Shown here one piece after another: positions 61,745-64,000 of a stretch of 64,000 nucleotides of DNA (the first letter of the stretch is position 1; each line of letters starts with the position of its first letter). The position numbers and the translations under genes were made by a program. Location: NCBI RefSeq assembly GCF_963921235.1, contig NC_086108.1, positions 85,252,001 to 85,316,000 on the forward strand. Direction: 5' to 3'. The notes beneath the pieces were generated by a model. The model worked only from the letters and a program-made list of their open reading frames with translations, did no database searches and had not been told where the DNA came from. This DNA comes from Mobula hypostoma (lineage: Eukaryota).

Positions 61745-62679
61745 AAAATATTCAAATCTTCGCAGTTTAATCAACTCCATTGCTCTGTCGTTTTGTCATA
61801 CGGCTCCATATTTCCACACATTGTCACCATTTTCAAACGCAATCTTATTCCAGGAAAGTTAACTAGTCCCCGGAAAAGTTAACTAGTCTAACACTTCGCT
61901 CTTGATCGCTCTTATTTGTTTCATTTAACCATCCCATTCTCATTCTCTCCCCTTGGATTCTTCACTCACCGCGCTTCCTGCGGCTGCTTTCTTTTCGCTC
62001 ACCTACACTACACAGCGGTACACCGCCAACGTTGCACACGGACTTCCCTTGCCGCGGGGAACAAATCAATAAACATTGTGTGAGGACTTGTCACCGGGTT
62101 GCCAGTTGTTATGTTTGTGCTACTGGGAAGCCGGGTGGCCATGAATAGCACACACGAGAGACGGAGAGGTGAGGATCAAATGAGCAGCTGCTTATTTTGC
62201 TTGTCTGGCATCTGCTTTGGATGCCCGCCCACATTGTGTTCAGTATGTAACACACAGGGAAGCTTGGCAGCAACCCGTATGGGTCAAAATATACAAGAAC
62301 ACGTAACAGCATGAATATTGCAATATGCCCCGTACTTACAGTGAGGTGTAGAGACTAGGGGAATATGACTGCTGTATTCACCAAGGCTATGCATCTCCAG
62401 AGAACCCCAAGTAAATTATGCCATTTCTTGCAACAGGACTGCAATCAGCTTCCACATCAAGTTCGGCATTTCACATTGTGATTGAAATCATCTCTGTTTC
62501 TTTTGCCATCGGCTCTTCCAAAGGTTCAAGAGGCCATCAGTATTATTGGGCAGTCTGCAGCCTCTGTTTGCATTGAGAGGGTAACTGATCTTTCCTTTGC
62601 TACAGCAAGCACTTTCATCAAGTTCCCCGTGGCCAACCAGACATAATAATTAGGACTCCTGAGGCTTTGCACGGACTAA

Positions 62680-63208
62680 AGAGGTCTCTCTGATGAAGTG
62701 TCTCAGTCCGCACCCATGCCATACCAAATGTGGTACACATCACAGTACCTAACATTCTTTGAAATCACATGGGATTTCACTCCTGGAATCCCGGCCTTGC
62801 CTGCTTTTGGCGATCGAGAAGGAGGTCGAATCATTCGGACAGAGATGGCGTTCAGTACTCGGTGTCGGAGAGCTGATCAGAGCTTGAAGTTTTCAGATGA
62901 CTCAGAGTCGGATTGTGGTCGGCACGGCAGGGAGAGTGTTTCGTCCTTCTCCTGTCTGTGTGAGATGTGGGACATTTGAGAAGCTTTGAACTTTTTACTG
63001 TGCTCATGGACTTCTTCATCAAGTTATGGTATTGTTACACTGTTTGTAACTATATGTTATAATTATATGGTTTTGTCAGTTTTTTCAGTCTTGGTTTGTC
63101 CTGTGTTTTGTGATATCGCACTGGAGGAAAGAATGTATCATTTCTTAATGCATGCATTACTAAATGACAATAAAAGAGGACTACGTGTCTTCATAATCAT
63201 AATCATCA
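62680..63208 (+). mobile_element. ORF-less CpG-rich retroposon with LINE-like tail
   Basis: agatggcg motif; gacaataaaag followed by (cataat)n tail; 5' boundary uncertain. Confidence 0.5.
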
Positions 63209-63419
63209 AATTGTTGCATAAGGGTTGATGCTCTTGCAGGTATCCTCCTGCTTTATTATAGACTCCTAATGTATGTTCCGAAATATACCCTATTTCCTGG
63301 TGACACTGAAGCAGGCCAATGAATCTATGCAGACTCACAGAGCAACCCAATTCTCCAAAAATGTTCCCTGTATCTTACTCTTCCCAAGCCCCATCAATCA
63401 GGCCAAGATGTTACTGCTT

Positions 63420-63590
63420 ACCGACACATAAAGGGGGAATTTCACAATGCCCAATGATCCTTCCAACCTGAACATCTAAGGGATCTGTGATGGAACTGGA
63501 GTACCCAAAGAAACCTACATGGTCATAGGCAGATTGTGGTCTGTGTTTAGCACAGGTCATTGGCGCTGTGAGACATTAATTCTACCATTT
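63420..63590 (-). mobile_element. Old V-SINE remnant
   Basis: gaactggagtacccaaagaaacctacatggtcatagg is antisense V-domain. Confidence 0.55.
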
Positions 63591-64000
63591 TTGTCACTAT
63601 TTGACCCTACAAAACCCTTTCCTCTTTCTATTCTGTTTTAATGTTTTTTTATGTTTACTTATTCTGTAAGCAATTGCATACAATAAATCCTATTGGTCCA
63701 GCTTTGTTCTATGTCTAGATGGATTCTGGCTGCCTTTCCTCTCATGGAAGTATTTGCCTTTAAAAAAAAGAGCTAATAGCTTTACAATGCCCATTCTGTT
63801 GAGTGTTCCACTTAAAATTGTCTTTATGCTAAATTAGTGAACATAGAGGATATTGTATTTTTACTTTTTTTTCCAGGAGTCTGTGCATGTCATTATTACT
63901 TAAAAATAGAACGGCAAATACTGAAATGAAACTTGACCTTGTATCCGGGATAGCAGACAGCAATGGAAACAATGAGCTTTTTTTTTGCTTCAGCAATGCT

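Larger units (their letters stand above)
50919..62308 (-). mobile_element. Gypsy LTR retrotransposon, full length, old, with nested insertions
   Basis: LTRs 50919-51119 and 62107-62308; TSD gcatg 50914-50918 / 62309-62313; PPT antisense ttcccttccccctt from 51121; gag (61090-61356), PR (60440-60784), RT (59566-59874, 58978-59325), IN remnants. Confidence 0.92.

Noticed and set aside
62089..62106. Assigning a primer tRNA to the second Gypsy element
   Set aside because: TGGCAACCCGG is at the PBS position but is too decayed to choose among candidates such as Arg or Trp.

Overview
Eukaryotic, TE-saturated intergenic or intronic DNA. The repeat families suggest a cartilaginous fish, probably a ray (inference): V-SINEs, CR1 LINEs with esterase ORF1, Rex1/Babar, Mag-like Gypsy and Penelope-derived hairpin elements. 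I found no host protein-coding exon, RNA gene or CRISPR array. The long ORFs are decayed retroelement ORFs, their antisense shadows, or products of a stop-poor minisatellite. Main structures: (1) a ~330-bp SINE inflated to 6.5 kb by nested insertions (1441-7932), including a 2.4-kb solo LTR with a 1.7-kb modular minisatellite; (2) two full-length decayed Gypsy proviruses (26295-33984, 50919-62308), each hosting nested LINEs, SINEs or MITEs; (3) a full-length RTE LINE whose 5' end carries CCAAT and TATA boxes; (4) several short fold-back elements with remnants of a minimal hammerhead ribozyme; (5) ORF-less elements with a LINE-like 5' end and a Rex1-type tail; (6) TE-poor, AT-rich islands that may hold conserved enhancers. 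Family names come from recognition by eye, not from database searches. Boundaries without a stated TSD are approximate.
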